Source: Myxococcota bacterium | Lineage (GTDB): Bacteria > Myxococcota_A > UBA9160 > UBA4427 | NCBI GenBank assembly: GCA_028278345.1 | Contig: JANQEL010000206.1 | Location: forward strand, 2,341 to 66,340 | Direction: 5' to 3' | DNA: 64,000 nucleotides | Program-made: the position numbers and the translations under genes | Part shown: piece after piece, positions 40,549 through 50,155 of the stretch | Position numbering within the stretch: position 1 is the stretch's first letter | Layout: each line of letters opens with the position of its first letter | The notes under the pieces: generated by a model | The model's input: the letters and a program-made list of their open reading frames with translations, nothing else | Told to the model about the DNA's origin: nothing | Database searches by the model: none

Positions 40549-42585
40549 ATGACGTCGCTGGTCCGAAATCTCGCGCGCCACGAAGACCGCCCCGACTTCG
40601 GTGCCCTCGTCGGGTTCGGGGCGCTGTTGCTGCTCGCCATGCTCATCGCCTGTCAGCCGACCGACGAAGTGCTATTGCGCGCCGAAGAGGGGGACGCCGC
40701 GGCCCAGTTCGAGATGGGCGCGCGGCACGCCGCCGAGGGAGCCGCCCGGAACCTTGCGACCGCGGTCGCGTGGTACGAGAAGGCGGCGGGGCAGGGGCAT
40801 CTGGCCGCCCAACTCGCGCTTGCTTCTCTTTATCAGGAAGGTGGCGAGGGGCTCGCGGCCGATCCGAAGGCGCGAGCCCGCTGGCTCACCGCCGCGGCCG
40901 AGCAGGGCGACTTCGACGCGATGCGGGCCCTGGTCGAGATCTACGGCGAGGGCCGGGGAGTGATCCCGGACCCGCAGGAGGCAGGACGCTGGCTGATCGC
41001 ATTGACTGAGGCCGAAAACCCTCAGGACGAGATGGATCTGGCCTTTCGCTACTTCGCGGGGGACGGCGTCCCTCGCAACCCCGGGCGTGGTGCCAAATTG
41101 CTACATAAGGCGGCAGAGGCCGGATTTCCCCCGGCCCAACTCCACCTCGCCCGCCTCTACACGACCCACGGCAATGGGGTCCTGATGAACATGGAAACCG
41201 CCGTCCACTGGTTCGGGCTCGCGGCGGAGGCCGGCGAGGTCGACGCGCAGAACTATTTGGGTGCGCTCTACGCCAGCGGCCAGGGAGTGGAGGTCGACTA
41301 CGAAGCGAGCCTGCACTGGTTCCGCATGGCGGCGGCCCAGGAGCATCCCCATGCCCAGGCGAACCTCGCAGTCATGTACTCGGAGGGGATGGGGGTCGAG
41401 CGCGACCCCGTCGAGGCCGAGCGCTGGTTTCGTCTGGCCGCGAAAGAGGATCCGGCCGCCCAGTACATCCTGGGGCGGCGCTACGAAGAGGGCGAGATCG
41501 TCCCCAAGAACCCGGCGGAGGCGATGGTCTGGTACCTGCGCGCAGCCGAGGGCGGGGTGACCGAAGCCCAGGCGATCGTGGCCAGAGCCTACGACACGGG
41601 AGATCGACTCGAGCGCGACCGCGCCGAGGCCGCTCGCTTCTACCTCGCCGCGGGAGAGAAGGGCGACTTCGATTCCCAGCGCCGGGGTGCCGAGCTCTAT
41701 GAAAAGGGCGAAGGCGTCGAGGTCGATCTCGCCAAGGCGGCTTCACTATACAAGCTCGCGGCCGAAGCCGGCGATACCGAGTCGCAGTGGAAGATCGGCG
41801 GGATGTACGAAACTGGTCGCGGTACCCCGATGAATCGCAGCGGTGCCGTCGCCTGGTATCGCAAGGCGCACGCCGCCGGGCACGAAGGGGCGCGTCGCCG
41901 ACTCGCGCAGATCCTCGACGATGGCAAGTTCGTGAAGCGCGACATCGTCGAGGCCACGAACCTCTACGAATCGTTGGCCCGGGCGGGGGATGTCGAAGCC
42001 ATGGCCCGCCTCGGCGAGATCCATTGGGAAGGCGATGGCATCAAGCGCAATCGCAAACTCGGTCTCGATTGGCATCGCAAGGCTGCGGACCTGGGCCACG
42101 TGGCCTCTCAGCGATTCGCAGGTGTGCGCTACTTCGAGGGTGGCTACGGGATCGCGAAGGAACCCGAACTCGCCTGGAAGTACCTGAACGAAGCCGCCGC
42201 TGCGGGAGACGAGCGCGCCGATCTACTGATCGGCAAGGCGTTGTGGGATGGTTTCGGTGTCGCGCGCGATCGCGAGAAGTCGCTGCCGCACTTCAAGCGT
42301 GCGCGCGAACGCGCGGAGCCGGAAGCCTTCCTCCACCTCGGCTACGCGTTGATCTTCGAGGGGATGGAAAGCGACGACCCCATCTACGACGCCTATGTGA
42401 ACTTCGCCCTCGGCGCGTCCCTCGGTGGGCCCCAGTGCCGGAGCGAATTCGAAGCCATGCGGGAGCAGCTCGACAAAGCGACGCGCGACGATTGGGATCG
42501 CCGAGGTCAGCAGGAGTTGGAGCGATATACGAAGATCTGGAGGCGCTATCACGAGAAAAAGCAGCGGGGCGATGCGTCGCGCTGA
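40549..42585 (+). CDS. Sel1-like repeat protein, probable lipoprotein
   Basis: Hydrophobic stretch ending MLIAC, then many A..WY..AA..G...AQ..LG.Y..G.GV repeats. Confidence 0.88.
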   Translation: MTSLVRNLARHEDRPDFGALVGFGALLLLAMLIACQPTDEVLLRAEEGDAAAQFEMGARHAAEGAARNLATAVAWYEKAAGQGHLAAQLALASLYQEGGEGLAADPKARARWLTAAAEQGDFDAMRALVEIYGEGRGVIPDPQEAGRWLIALTEAENPQDEMDLAFRYFAGDGVPRNPGRGAKLLHKAAEAGFPPAQLHLARLYTTHGNGVLMNMETAVHWFGLAAEAGEVDAQNYLGALYASGQGVEVDYEASLHWFRMAAAQEHPHAQANLAVMYSEGMGVERDPVEAERWFRLAAKEDPAAQYILGRRYEEGEIVPKNPAEAMVWYLRAAEGGVTEAQAIVARAYDTGDRLERDRAEAARFYLAAGEKGDFDSQRRGAELYEKGEGVEVDLAKAASLYKLAAEAGDTESQWKIGGMYETGRGTPMNRSGAVAWYRKAHAAGHEGARRRLAQILDDGKFVKRDIVEATNLYESLARAGDVEAMARLGEIHWEGDGIKRNRKLGLDWHRKAADLGHVASQRFAGVRYFEGGYGIAKEPELAWKYLNEAAAAGDERADLLIGKALWDGFGVARDREKSLPHFKRARERAEPEAFLHLGYALIFEGMESDDPIYDAYVNFALGASLGGPQCRSEFEAMREQLDKATRDDWDRRGQQELERYTKIWRRYHEKKQRGDASR

Positions 42586-42620
42586 GATCGCACGCGCTGG
42601 CGCGCCAGAATGACTCGAGG

Positions 42621-43646
42621 ATGAAGATGCAAGTCTACGCGGCAATGGATCAACGCATGAGCCTCGGCGAGGTCGCAGCCCACGCGCATCGAGCCGAAGC
42701 GTTGGGGTACGATGGCCTGAACGTTCCGGACGCGCTGCACGACGGTTTGTTGATCGCCCACGAAGCCCTGCGCTCGACCGAGTGCCTGAAGGTCGCGACC
42801 AGCGTGTTGGTCGCCTTCCCGCGCAGCCCGATGATCGTGGCGATCGCAGCTTGGGATCTGCAGAGCGCTTCGCGCGGCCGCTTCGAACTCGGTCTCGGCA
42901 GCCAGGTGCGCAGCAACATCGTGGCGCGCTACTCGACGTCCTGGGCCGCACCCGTGCCGCGCATGCGCGAGTACGTGCTCTCGTTGCGAGCCATCTTCGC
43001 GAGCTTCCAGCAGGGCGAGCCCCTTCGCTTCGAGGGCGAGCACTACCAGTTCACCAAGATGCAGCCGTTCTTCAATCCCGGGCCGATCGATTTCAAGAAG
43101 CCGCCGATCTATCTGGGCGGTGTGGGTCCACTGATGACGGCGCTCGCGGGGGAAGTCGCCGACGGCCACATGAGCCACCCCACCCACTCGGCGCCGAAGG
43201 TGCTCGAAGAGCTTGCGCTGCCAGCGCTGCAGCGGGGGGCCGAGCGCAGTGGTCGCAAGCTCGACGATGTCGAACGCATGGCGGCGGGTATGGTGTCGAC
43301 GGGCGTGGACGAAGCCGCAGTCGATGCCGAACGTGCGAAGAATCGCGAGCTGCTCGGCTTCCTCTATTCGACGCCGAGCTACTGGCCCGCCCTGGAGATC
43401 CATGGCTGCAAGGAGGTCGGTGAACAGCTCCACGCCATGACACGCGAGGGGCGTTGGGCCGAGATGCCGGGCTTGATCGACGACGATCTGCTCGAGACCA
43501 TGATCCCGAGCGGCACCTACGACGAGATCGCGGACCGCCTGCGCGAACGCAATCGTGGGCTCGCGACCCAGATCACCTTCCCGATGCCCGACGATCCCGC
43601 GAACGACGCACGGGCTGCCGAGGTGATTCGCGCGCTGCGTCAGTAG
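42621..43646 (+). CDS. Luciferase-like (LLM) oxidoreductase, probably F420-dependent (TIGR03617-like)
   Basis: AEALGYDG, VAFPRSPM, AWDLQ..S.GRF.LGLGSQV, RMREY, FEGEHYQF, STPSY. Confidence 0.85.
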   Translation: MKMQVYAAMDQRMSLGEVAAHAHRAEALGYDGLNVPDALHDGLLIAHEALRSTECLKVATSVLVAFPRSPMIVAIAAWDLQSASRGRFELGLGSQVRSNIVARYSTSWAAPVPRMREYVLSLRAIFASFQQGEPLRFEGEHYQFTKMQPFFNPGPIDFKKPPIYLGGVGPLMTALAGEVADGHMSHPTHSAPKVLEELALPALQRGAERSGRKLDDVERMAAGMVSTGVDEAAVDAERAKNRELLGFLYSTPSYWPALEIHGCKEVGEQLHAMTREGRWAEMPGLIDDDLLETMIPSGTYDEIADRLRERNRGLATQITFPMPDDPANDARAAEVIRALRQ

Positions 43647-45076
43647 CGCTTCGCGCCGAGCGCATTTGCGGCCACTTGTTCGGCGTGATGCAGGAAGTCG
43701 TCTGCGAGGCAATGGGCTTCGAACAGGGCCGGGTCGTCACCGAAGCGCGCGCCTTCGTCTTCGTGGTTGCGGAGCTGCGGGTAGAGCACGCGCCTTGGGC
43801 CGTAGCTCGCCTTGCGGTGGGTGATCAGGTGGGTGAGCCGGCCTTCGAAACGCGAGAAGGCGAGAAAGCGATCCATCGCGCTCTGCGCACGGGTGAACGC
43901 AAGGTGGAGATCGACCGCAATGCGCATGCGTTGACACTCGCAGGCGTAGCTCTCGATCCAGGGTTCGATCTCGGCCAGGAGTGCGCGATCGTCCAACTCG
44001 TCGCGCAGGGCCTGGGCTGCGGCTTCGCGTCGCGCAACGGCGCGATCGAGTTCGGTGAGGCGGGCGTCGTGTTGGTCATCGTCGGCGTCGCGAAACGCAC
44101 GAAAGCAGGCTTCGAGTTCGCGGTCGCGATCGTCCGGTGCCAGCGGAGAGAAGCGGTGGGCGGTCGCGAAGTCGGCGAAGGCCCGCGGCGCTCCGGCGCC
44201 GACGTCGCGGGTCGCTCGAACGAAGGAGGCTTCGGGGTCGTATGCGGCAGGGTCGGCGAGAAAGTCGCAGGCGGTGAACAGCGCGGTGCGCGAAGCGCGC
44301 GGGAACTCCATCGGATTGAGCATCACGCCACTCACCGATTCGACGAGGTCGGCGGAGCGCCCGGTGTAGGGTCCGAGGTGGAGCATCGGGCGCATGGGGC
44401 CGTCGGTCACCGGGTAGTTGTCCCACAACAGGATGCGTCGCCGTAGACAGCGGGCACGTTCGCGCGCTTCATCGGCGGTGACGGTGGGGCTCACGACGGT
44501 GCGCCCCGTCCAGGCGACTTCGATGCGCGGGTCGAGTTCGGCACCGAGGGTTTCGAGGTAGGGGCTGCCGCCCGTTCCGGCGTAGTCGGTGGGGGCGATC
44601 CAGAGCGTGCTTGCTTCTCCGATCGCGTTCGCGACGGCGTGAGCGAGTGAGACGTGCGCATCGGCGAGCGTTTCGAAGGCGGCGCGATCGTCGTCGTGCT
44701 GCAGGGTGCTCGGCACATCGTCGAGCTGGAGCGAAAAGAAGCGACAACCGAGTTCGAGAAAGCGTGTGAACTTCGCGCACAGCAGTTCGACGTCTTCGCG
44801 CGCGCTGTAGTGGATCGAAAGCCCGGGGGAGAGCGCAAAGCCCACGCGCACGCCCACAGCCTCACCCCGCGATATCCACTGGGCGAAGCGCTCGAGATCG
44901 CGATCGGGATAGGGCTCGCGCCAACGCTCGCGCTGCAGTGGATCGTCCTTCGGCGCGTAGAGATAGGCGTTCATGCCGCGCTCGCCGATCTCGTCGATCA
45001 ACGCGAGGCGTTCGCCTTCGTCGTACGCGCGTCCATAGAAGCCTTCGACCACTCCGCGGGTCTCGAATGCGCTCAC
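43640..45076 (-). CDS. GH84 beta-N-acetylglucosaminidase (O-GlcNAcase-like), no signal peptide
   Basis: RGVVEGFYG, YLYAPKDD, ALSPG, catalytic LDD, PTDY, WTG, LWDNYPV.D, NPM. GTG 45076 overlaps the upstream stop. Confidence 0.9.
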   Translation of the reverse strand: MSAFETRGVVEGFYGRAYDEGERLALIDEIGERGMNAYLYAPKDDPLQRERWREPYPDRDLERFAQWISRGEAVGVRVGFALSPGLSIHYSAREDVELLCAKFTRFLELGCRFFSLQLDDVPSTLQHDDDRAAFETLADAHVSLAHAVANAIGEASTLWIAPTDYAGTGGSPYLETLGAELDPRIEVAWTGRTVVSPTVTADEARERARCLRRRILLWDNYPVTDGPMRPMLHLGPYTGRSADLVESVSGVMLNPMEFPRASRTALFTACDFLADPAAYDPEASFVRATRDVGAGAPRAFADFATAHRFSPLAPDDRDRELEACFRAFRDADDDQHDARLTELDRAVARREAAAQALRDELDDRALLAEIEPWIESYACECQRMRIAVDLHLAFTRAQSAMDRFLAFSRFEGRLTHLITHRKASYGPRRVLYPQLRNHEDEGARFGDDPALFEAHCLADDFLHHAEQVAANALGAKRY

Positions 45077-45606
45077 GCGTTCTCTCCACCCTGATGGTCG
45101 ATGCACGTCGCGCGACCGGGAAGCTGCAACGCACCACAGCCCTCGCGTTCGCAGCACGAGAGAGGGACGAACTCGCCGGCTTCGATCTGTTTGTCGAAGA
45201 CCGCGCGCGAAACCGCGAAGGCGTGGGCCTCGCTCTTCGAGTCGGCTTCGGCGACGAGCAGGCAGTCGAGGCTGTGTTCGGGCTCGCCCGCACCTTCGGG
45301 AATTCCCGAGCCCGGGTGGACGCCGAGAGGTTCCGGACAGAAGAAGACGTACATCCCGTAGAAGCGGTCGTGGTACCAACGGCCCCGGGCCACGGCGTCT
45401 TCGAGATAGGGGCGCGGGTTCGAGACCAGGTTCGGGTTCAACACCGAGCGATAGCCCTCCCAGGTCATGGGCAGGCGCCGCGGGTCGTGCTTCTCGCGCA
45501 CGAAGCGTTCGGTGGCGAGCCAGCCCTCCACCAGACAGCGGGGGCAGATCGGATGGCGGGTCGCGTCGAAGTGGCCATCACACTGCAAGCACCGGGAATC
45601 GCTCAT
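45073..45606 (-). CDS. Hypothetical protein with N- and C-terminal Cys/His clusters (putative Zn-binding)
   Basis: CLQC...CPRC at the N-terminus and CC...GC...C..H at the C-terminus. It fills the gap and overlaps the GH84 start (GTGA). Confidence 0.6.
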   Translation of the reverse strand: MSDSRCLQCDGHFDATRHPICPRCLVEGWLATERFVREKHDPRRLPMTWEGYRSVLNPNLVSNPRPYLEDAVARGRWYHDRFYGMYVFFCPEPLGVHPGSGIPEGAGEPEHSLDCLLVAEADSKSEAHAFAVSRAVFDKQIEAGEFVPLSCCEREGCGALQLPGRATCIDHQGGENA

Positions 45607-45658
45607 GGCCTCGCTACTATTTGCGAGTTCGAAGAATGAGGACGAAGGGACGACGCGC

Positions 45659-46072
45659 ATGAGTATGGTTCGTATCGACATCGACTACGAGGGCGATCTG
45701 CACACCCGCGCCGTGCACGGGCCATCCGGCGCCGAGCTCTCGACCGACGCGCCCGTCGACAACCAGGGACGCGGCGAGAGCTACTCGCCGACCGATCTAC
45801 TCGCCACTGCCTTCGGCTGCTGCATGATGACCATCATGGGCATCGTCGCGAAGCGCGAGGGTTGGTCGCTCGAGGGCACGCAGATCGAGGTCGAAAAACA
45901 CATGAAGGAAGAACCGCGCAGGGTGGGGCGCCTGGTCGCCCGCTTCACGATGCCCGCCGGGCTTCCCGAGAAGGCCCACAGCGTGTTGCGCAACGCCGCG
46001 CGCACCTGTCCCGTGGCGCAGAGTATCCATCCAGACATCGAGCTCGACGTGAGCTTCGACTGGGGCGCCTAG
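45659..46072 (+). CDS. OsmC/Ohr family protein
   Basis: TDAPVDNQGRGESYSPTDL.ATA.G.C and CPVA.S. Confidence 0.9.
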   Translation: MSMVRIDIDYEGDLHTRAVHGPSGAELSTDAPVDNQGRGESYSPTDLLATAFGCCMMTIMGIVAKREGWSLEGTQIEVEKHMKEEPRRVGRLVARFTMPAGLPEKAHSVLRNAARTCPVAQSIHPDIELDVSFDWGA

Positions 46073-47190
46073 CGGCGATCGCGGATCTCTTCGAGCTTGA
46101 TGTCGAACTCCTGCACGCGGCCTCCCCGGTCGACGTGTACCGTGACGCTCTCGCCTGGTTGCCGCGTGTCGAAGGCGCGATAGAGATCGTCGAAGCTTCG
46201 CACCGGCATGTCGTCGACCCCGACGATCACGTCCATCGAGTAGACGCGGCGTCGCCGATCGATCCGCAGCGGTTGCAGGCCGGCGTTGGCGGCGGGGCCT
46301 CCCGGCACCGTCTCGCTGACGATCACGCCCTCGATCCCCCACGACGCGGCCTGTTGATCCGAGAGAATGCTGACGCCGATCCCCACCCGGCGCACGCGAC
46401 CGTGTTGGATCAGTTGGGGCACGACGCGCTTGACCGTATCTATCGGCACCGCGAAACCGATCCCTGCGCTCTGCCCCGTATTGCTGATGATCTGGGTGTT
46501 GACACCGATCACGCGGGCGGAGGAATCGAGCAGCGGGCCGCCCGAGTTGCCGGGGTTGATCGAAGCGTCGGTCTGGATGACGTCCTCGATGGTGGTTCCC
46601 GCCAGCGAAGTCATCTCGCGACCCAACGCGCTGATCACGCCCGTCGTGAGGGTGAGATCGAGACCGAAGGGGTTGCCGATCGCGAGAACCTTCTGGCCGA
46701 CGACGAGCCGGCTCGAGTTTCCGTGAGCCAGGGGAAGCGGCGGCGAGATACTCGAGTCGAGTTTCAGGACTGCGAGATCCTTGTAGGGATCGCCGCCGAC
46801 GAACGTCGCGTCGTAGGCCTTGCCATCCGCGAAGCTCACCGAGAACGCATTGCTGCCCTGGACCACGTGGTAGTTGGTCACGATGTGGCGTCGGTCGTCC
46901 CAGACGAAGCCGGAACCGGTGCCCGCTTCACGCGCGCGGCGCGAAAGCCCGAAGAAATCGCGCTCGACCTGGATGCTCGTGACGAACACCACCGAACTCG
47001 AGGCGTTGCGAAAGACCTCGATGGTGTTGCGCTCGTTTTCGAGCAGGGCGGATGGACCGGGCGGTTCAGTCACGCGGTCGGTCGTCGGGGCCGTCTCGCG
47101 CGGTTCGCCGTTGCTCTCGACGCTACATGCGAAGAGCACGAACAGCGAAGCCGCCAAGGTCAGAAGATTTCGCGATCGCGCGCTCGTCAT
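46069..47190 (-). CDS. HtrA/DegP-like serine protease with one PDZ domain, lipoprotein
   Basis: Lipobox LFAC, GSGF, VTNYHV, DLAVLK, QTDASINPGNSGGPL, C-terminal PDZ. Confidence 0.92.
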   Translation of the reverse strand: MTSARSRNLLTLAASLFVLFACSVESNGEPRETAPTTDRVTEPPGPSALLENERNTIEVFRNASSSVVFVTSIQVERDFFGLSRRAREAGTGSGFVWDDRRHIVTNYHVVQGSNAFSVSFADGKAYDATFVGGDPYKDLAVLKLDSSISPPLPLAHGNSSRLVVGQKVLAIGNPFGLDLTLTTGVISALGREMTSLAGTTIEDVIQTDASINPGNSGGPLLDSSARVIGVNTQIISNTGQSAGIGFAVPIDTVKRVVPQLIQHGRVRRVGIGVSILSDQQAASWGIEGVIVSETVPGGPAANAGLQPLRIDRRRRVYSMDVIVGVDDMPVRSFDDLYRAFDTRQPGESVTVHVDRGGRVQEFDIKLEEIRDRR

Positions 47191-47332
47191 GCGTCGAAGC
47201 CCCGGGTGTGATGGAGAGCTCACGATATCACGGAACCGTTGCCCGCCGAGTTTTGGCTGGCCTACCGTTGCCCGCCCGAAATCGTGCGTCCCCCGATTCG
47301 CCGCAAGGCGTCGCAGGTACAAGGAAGAAGCC

Positions 47333-48202
47333 ATGAAGTTCTGGCAGGCCCTCTCGTTCTCCGAACCCGATCAACTCCTCGACGTCGCAAAGACCTGCGA
47401 AGAAGTCGGCTTCGAGGGAGTCTTCGTCTCGGACCACATGTTCTACCCCGCCGAGTTCGAGAAGAAGTACCCGTACTCGGAAGATGGCAACCTCGACGCC
47501 TTCACCCCGGAAACACCGTGGCCCGATCCGTGGGTGACGATCGGCGCCCTGGCCGCCGTGACCGAGCGCCTCCGCTTCACGACCTTCATCTATATCCTGC
47601 CCCTGCGGAACCCGATCGAAGTCGCCAAGTCGACCTCGACCATCAACGTGCTGAGCAACGACCGCTTCGCCCTGGGGATCGGCGCAGGCTGGATGAAGGA
47701 AGAGTTCGACACCATGGGCGTCGACTTCAAGACCCGTGGCAAGCGCCTCGACGAGATGATGGAGTCGATGCGCAAGTTGTGGACCGGCGAGATGGTCGAA
47801 CACCACGGCGACCACTTCGATTTCGGTCCCCTCTCGATGTGCCCCGTCCCGGCGAAACCCACGCAGATCTGGGTAGGTGGCATCAGCAACCTGGCGCTCA
47901 AACGCGCCGCTCGCATCGGCGACGGCTGGTTGGGTTCGGGGCAGACGGCCGACGAAGCCGTCGAACTGCTCGGCAAGCTCCACGGCTACCGCAAGGAATT
48001 CGGTCGCGAGAACGAACCCTTCGAGACCATCGTGCCGCTTGCGACCCCACCGACCCCGGACGATCTGAAACGCCTGCAGGACGCCGGTGCCGATGGAACG
48101 GTCAGCTACCCCTTCCCCTACACGATCGGTCCGGGCACGACCCTCGATCAGAAGAAGGCCTACCTCGAGGGCTTCGCGAACAGCGTGATGAAGATGATCT
48201 AG
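47333..48202 (+). CDS. LLM class oxidoreductase, probably F420-dependent (TIGR03619-like)
   Basis: VSDH, WPDPWV, LPLRNP, GIGAGWMKEEF, RGKRLDE, RAARIGDGW. Start ATG 47333. Confidence 0.88.
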   Translation: MKFWQALSFSEPDQLLDVAKTCEEVGFEGVFVSDHMFYPAEFEKKYPYSEDGNLDAFTPETPWPDPWVTIGALAAVTERLRFTTFIYILPLRNPIEVAKSTSTINVLSNDRFALGIGAGWMKEEFDTMGVDFKTRGKRLDEMMESMRKLWTGEMVEHHGDHFDFGPLSMCPVPAKPTQIWVGGISNLALKRAARIGDGWLGSGQTADEAVELLGKLHGYRKEFGRENEPFETIVPLATPPTPDDLKRLQDAGADGTVSYPFPYTIGPGTTLDQKKAYLEGFANSVMKMI

Positions 48203-48216
48203 GCGGGTTGGACGCG

Positions 48217-48660
48217 ATGCCAGCGCATTGCCGACACCACCTGGTCTTCGTCGTTGCGGTCGCGTTGGCGACTGCGGGTTGCGAAGACCAGGGGGCCCCG
48301 GTCGAACCGGTGCCCGCCTCCGAGGGCGGAACCGCGTCGACGCTCGACGGGCGCTATCGCGTCGAACTGCGTCCGGCGCAAGCGAAGGTTCCCCTCGGCA
48401 CGATCCACGAATGGATCGCGCAGGTATCGCGCGAGGACGGCGGCGCGGTCGAAGGTGTGACCATCACCTTCGACGGGGGAATGCCCTCCCACGATCACGG
48501 CTTCACCACGGCTCCGCGCGTCGTGACGGACGCCGCCCCCGGCCGCTTTCGCGTGCAGGGAGTGCGCTTCCACATGAGTGGTGCATGGGAACTCCGCGTC
48601 GACGTCCGCGACGCCACGGGGAGCGATCGCGCGGTCTTCCAGGTCGAGGTCGCGCCGTGA
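48217..48660 (+). CDS. YtkA/FixH-like lipoprotein with a Met/His metal-binding motif
   Basis: Lipobox TAGC, GGMPSHDHG and FHMSGAW motifs. Confidence 0.78.
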   Translation: MPAHCRHHLVFVVAVALATAGCEDQGAPVEPVPASEGGTASTLDGRYRVELRPAQAKVPLGTIHEWIAQVSREDGGAVEGVTITFDGGMPSHDHGFTTAPRVVTDAAPGRFRVQGVRFHMSGAWELRVDVRDATGSDRAVFQVEVAP

Positions 48661-48691
48661 CGCGCGCCGGTGGGCGCGCCAATATCGGGTG

Positions 48692-49990
48692 ATGATCCGC
48701 CTCGCATCGCTATTGCTGCTCGTGCTCGCACTCGGATGTCAGCGCGACGATGCGCTGCAAGTGCCCGAGGCGAGAGCCGACGCGGGCTGGTCACCGACCG
48801 AGCTCGCCCTGCTGACTTCGCTCTCGATCGCCCGCCCGCCCGAGCCGCCTCCACAGCCGTCGAACCGCTTCGCAGACGATCCTCGCGCCGCCGAACTCGG
48901 CCATCGTCTCTTCTTCTCGCCAGCGCTGTCCCGCAACGGCGCGATCGCGTGCGTGAGTTGTCACGAGCCGCAGCGGCTCTTCACCGACGGGCGGGTGACT
49001 TCGATCGGCCTCGCGAAGACCGATCGCAATGCGCCCACCCTGGTCGGGGCGGCGCATTCGCGCTGGATGTTCTGGGACGGGCGCCGCGACAGCCTCTGGG
49101 CCCAGGCCCTCGCTCCCTTCGAAGCGCCGGCTGAAATGGGAAACGACCGCGTCGCCGTCGTGCGAACCGTATTGAACGACCCCTTGCTGGGCACCCGGTA
49201 TCGCGAGTTGTTCCGCAACGCACCCGCGAGTGACGAGATCGCGAACTGGCCGCCCCACGCGAGCCCGGTTGGCACGAAGGAGGAGCAAGCGGACTGGAAC
49301 CGGATGAAGAAGCGCGACCGCGAAGCCATCGACCGCGCCTTCAGCCAGATTGGCAAAGCCATCGCCGCCTATGAACGTCTGCTGCAGCCGGGACCCTCGC
49401 GCTTCGATCGCTACGCCGCGCGTGTGGCTGCGACGTCGGGTGCCGTCGATGAAGAAATCCTCTCGAAGGAAGAAGTCGAAGGTCTGCGGCTCTTCCTCGA
49501 CGGCGAACGAACGCTCTGCCTTCGCTGTCACAACGGTCCACTTCTCACGAACCAGAGCTTTCACCACGTGGCAACGGCCATCGGTCCGAGTGGACTCCCC
49601 GAACTGGGGCGCTTCCTCGGCATCCAGGCCGTGTTGATCGAACCCTTCAACTGCCTTGGCCGCTACAGCGATGCCCGCCCGGAAGAGTGCCTGGAGCTTC
49701 GCTTCCTCGACAAGGCACACGTCGGGGCCGAAATGGGCAAGTTCAAGACGCCGACTTTGCGCGGGCTATCCCGCACGGCCCCGTACTTCCACGACGGCCG
49801 CGCGGCGACGCTGGCCGAAGTCATCGACCACTACGCGCGTTCGGACCTCTCGAGATTCACGAACGAAATCACACCTCTGGACCTCGATGAGCGCGAAAGT
49901 CGCGCATTGATTGCGTTTCTCGAGAGCCTCGATGGCGGGATCGCAGCCGAAGCGAAGTGGTTGGCCGTCCCCCCTCGCGAGATCCCCTGA
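48692..49990 (+). CDS. Di-heme cytochrome c peroxidase family protein (MauG/MbnH-like), lipoprotein
   Basis: Lipobox ALGC, CVSCH and CLRCH heme sites, RNAPTL, FWDGR.DSLW.QA, FKTPTLR, PYFHDG...VIDHY. Confidence 0.88.
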   Translation: MIRLASLLLLVLALGCQRDDALQVPEARADAGWSPTELALLTSLSIARPPEPPPQPSNRFADDPRAAELGHRLFFSPALSRNGAIACVSCHEPQRLFTDGRVTSIGLAKTDRNAPTLVGAAHSRWMFWDGRRDSLWAQALAPFEAPAEMGNDRVAVVRTVLNDPLLGTRYRELFRNAPASDEIANWPPHASPVGTKEEQADWNRMKKRDREAIDRAFSQIGKAIAAYERLLQPGPSRFDRYAARVAATSGAVDEEILSKEEVEGLRLFLDGERTLCLRCHNGPLLTNQSFHHVATAIGPSGLPELGRFLGIQAVLIEPFNCLGRYSDARPEECLELRFLDKAHVGAEMGKFKTPTLRGLSRTAPYFHDGRAATLAEVIDHYARSDLSRFTNEITPLDLDERESRALIAFLESLDGGIAAEAKWLAVPPREIP

Positions 49991-50155
49991 CTGCGAACGG
50001 AAATCGAGTCCCCGAGCGATTTCGCTCCCGTTCTCGACGCTCTCGCGTGTATTCTGGCAATGCGAGTCGCCACCGCGCGCTGCCCCCCACTCGCATGCGG
50101 CATGCGTTGGCGCTTCGCGTTCCCGCACCGGTCGATGCTGTCTTGGAGCCCCCGC

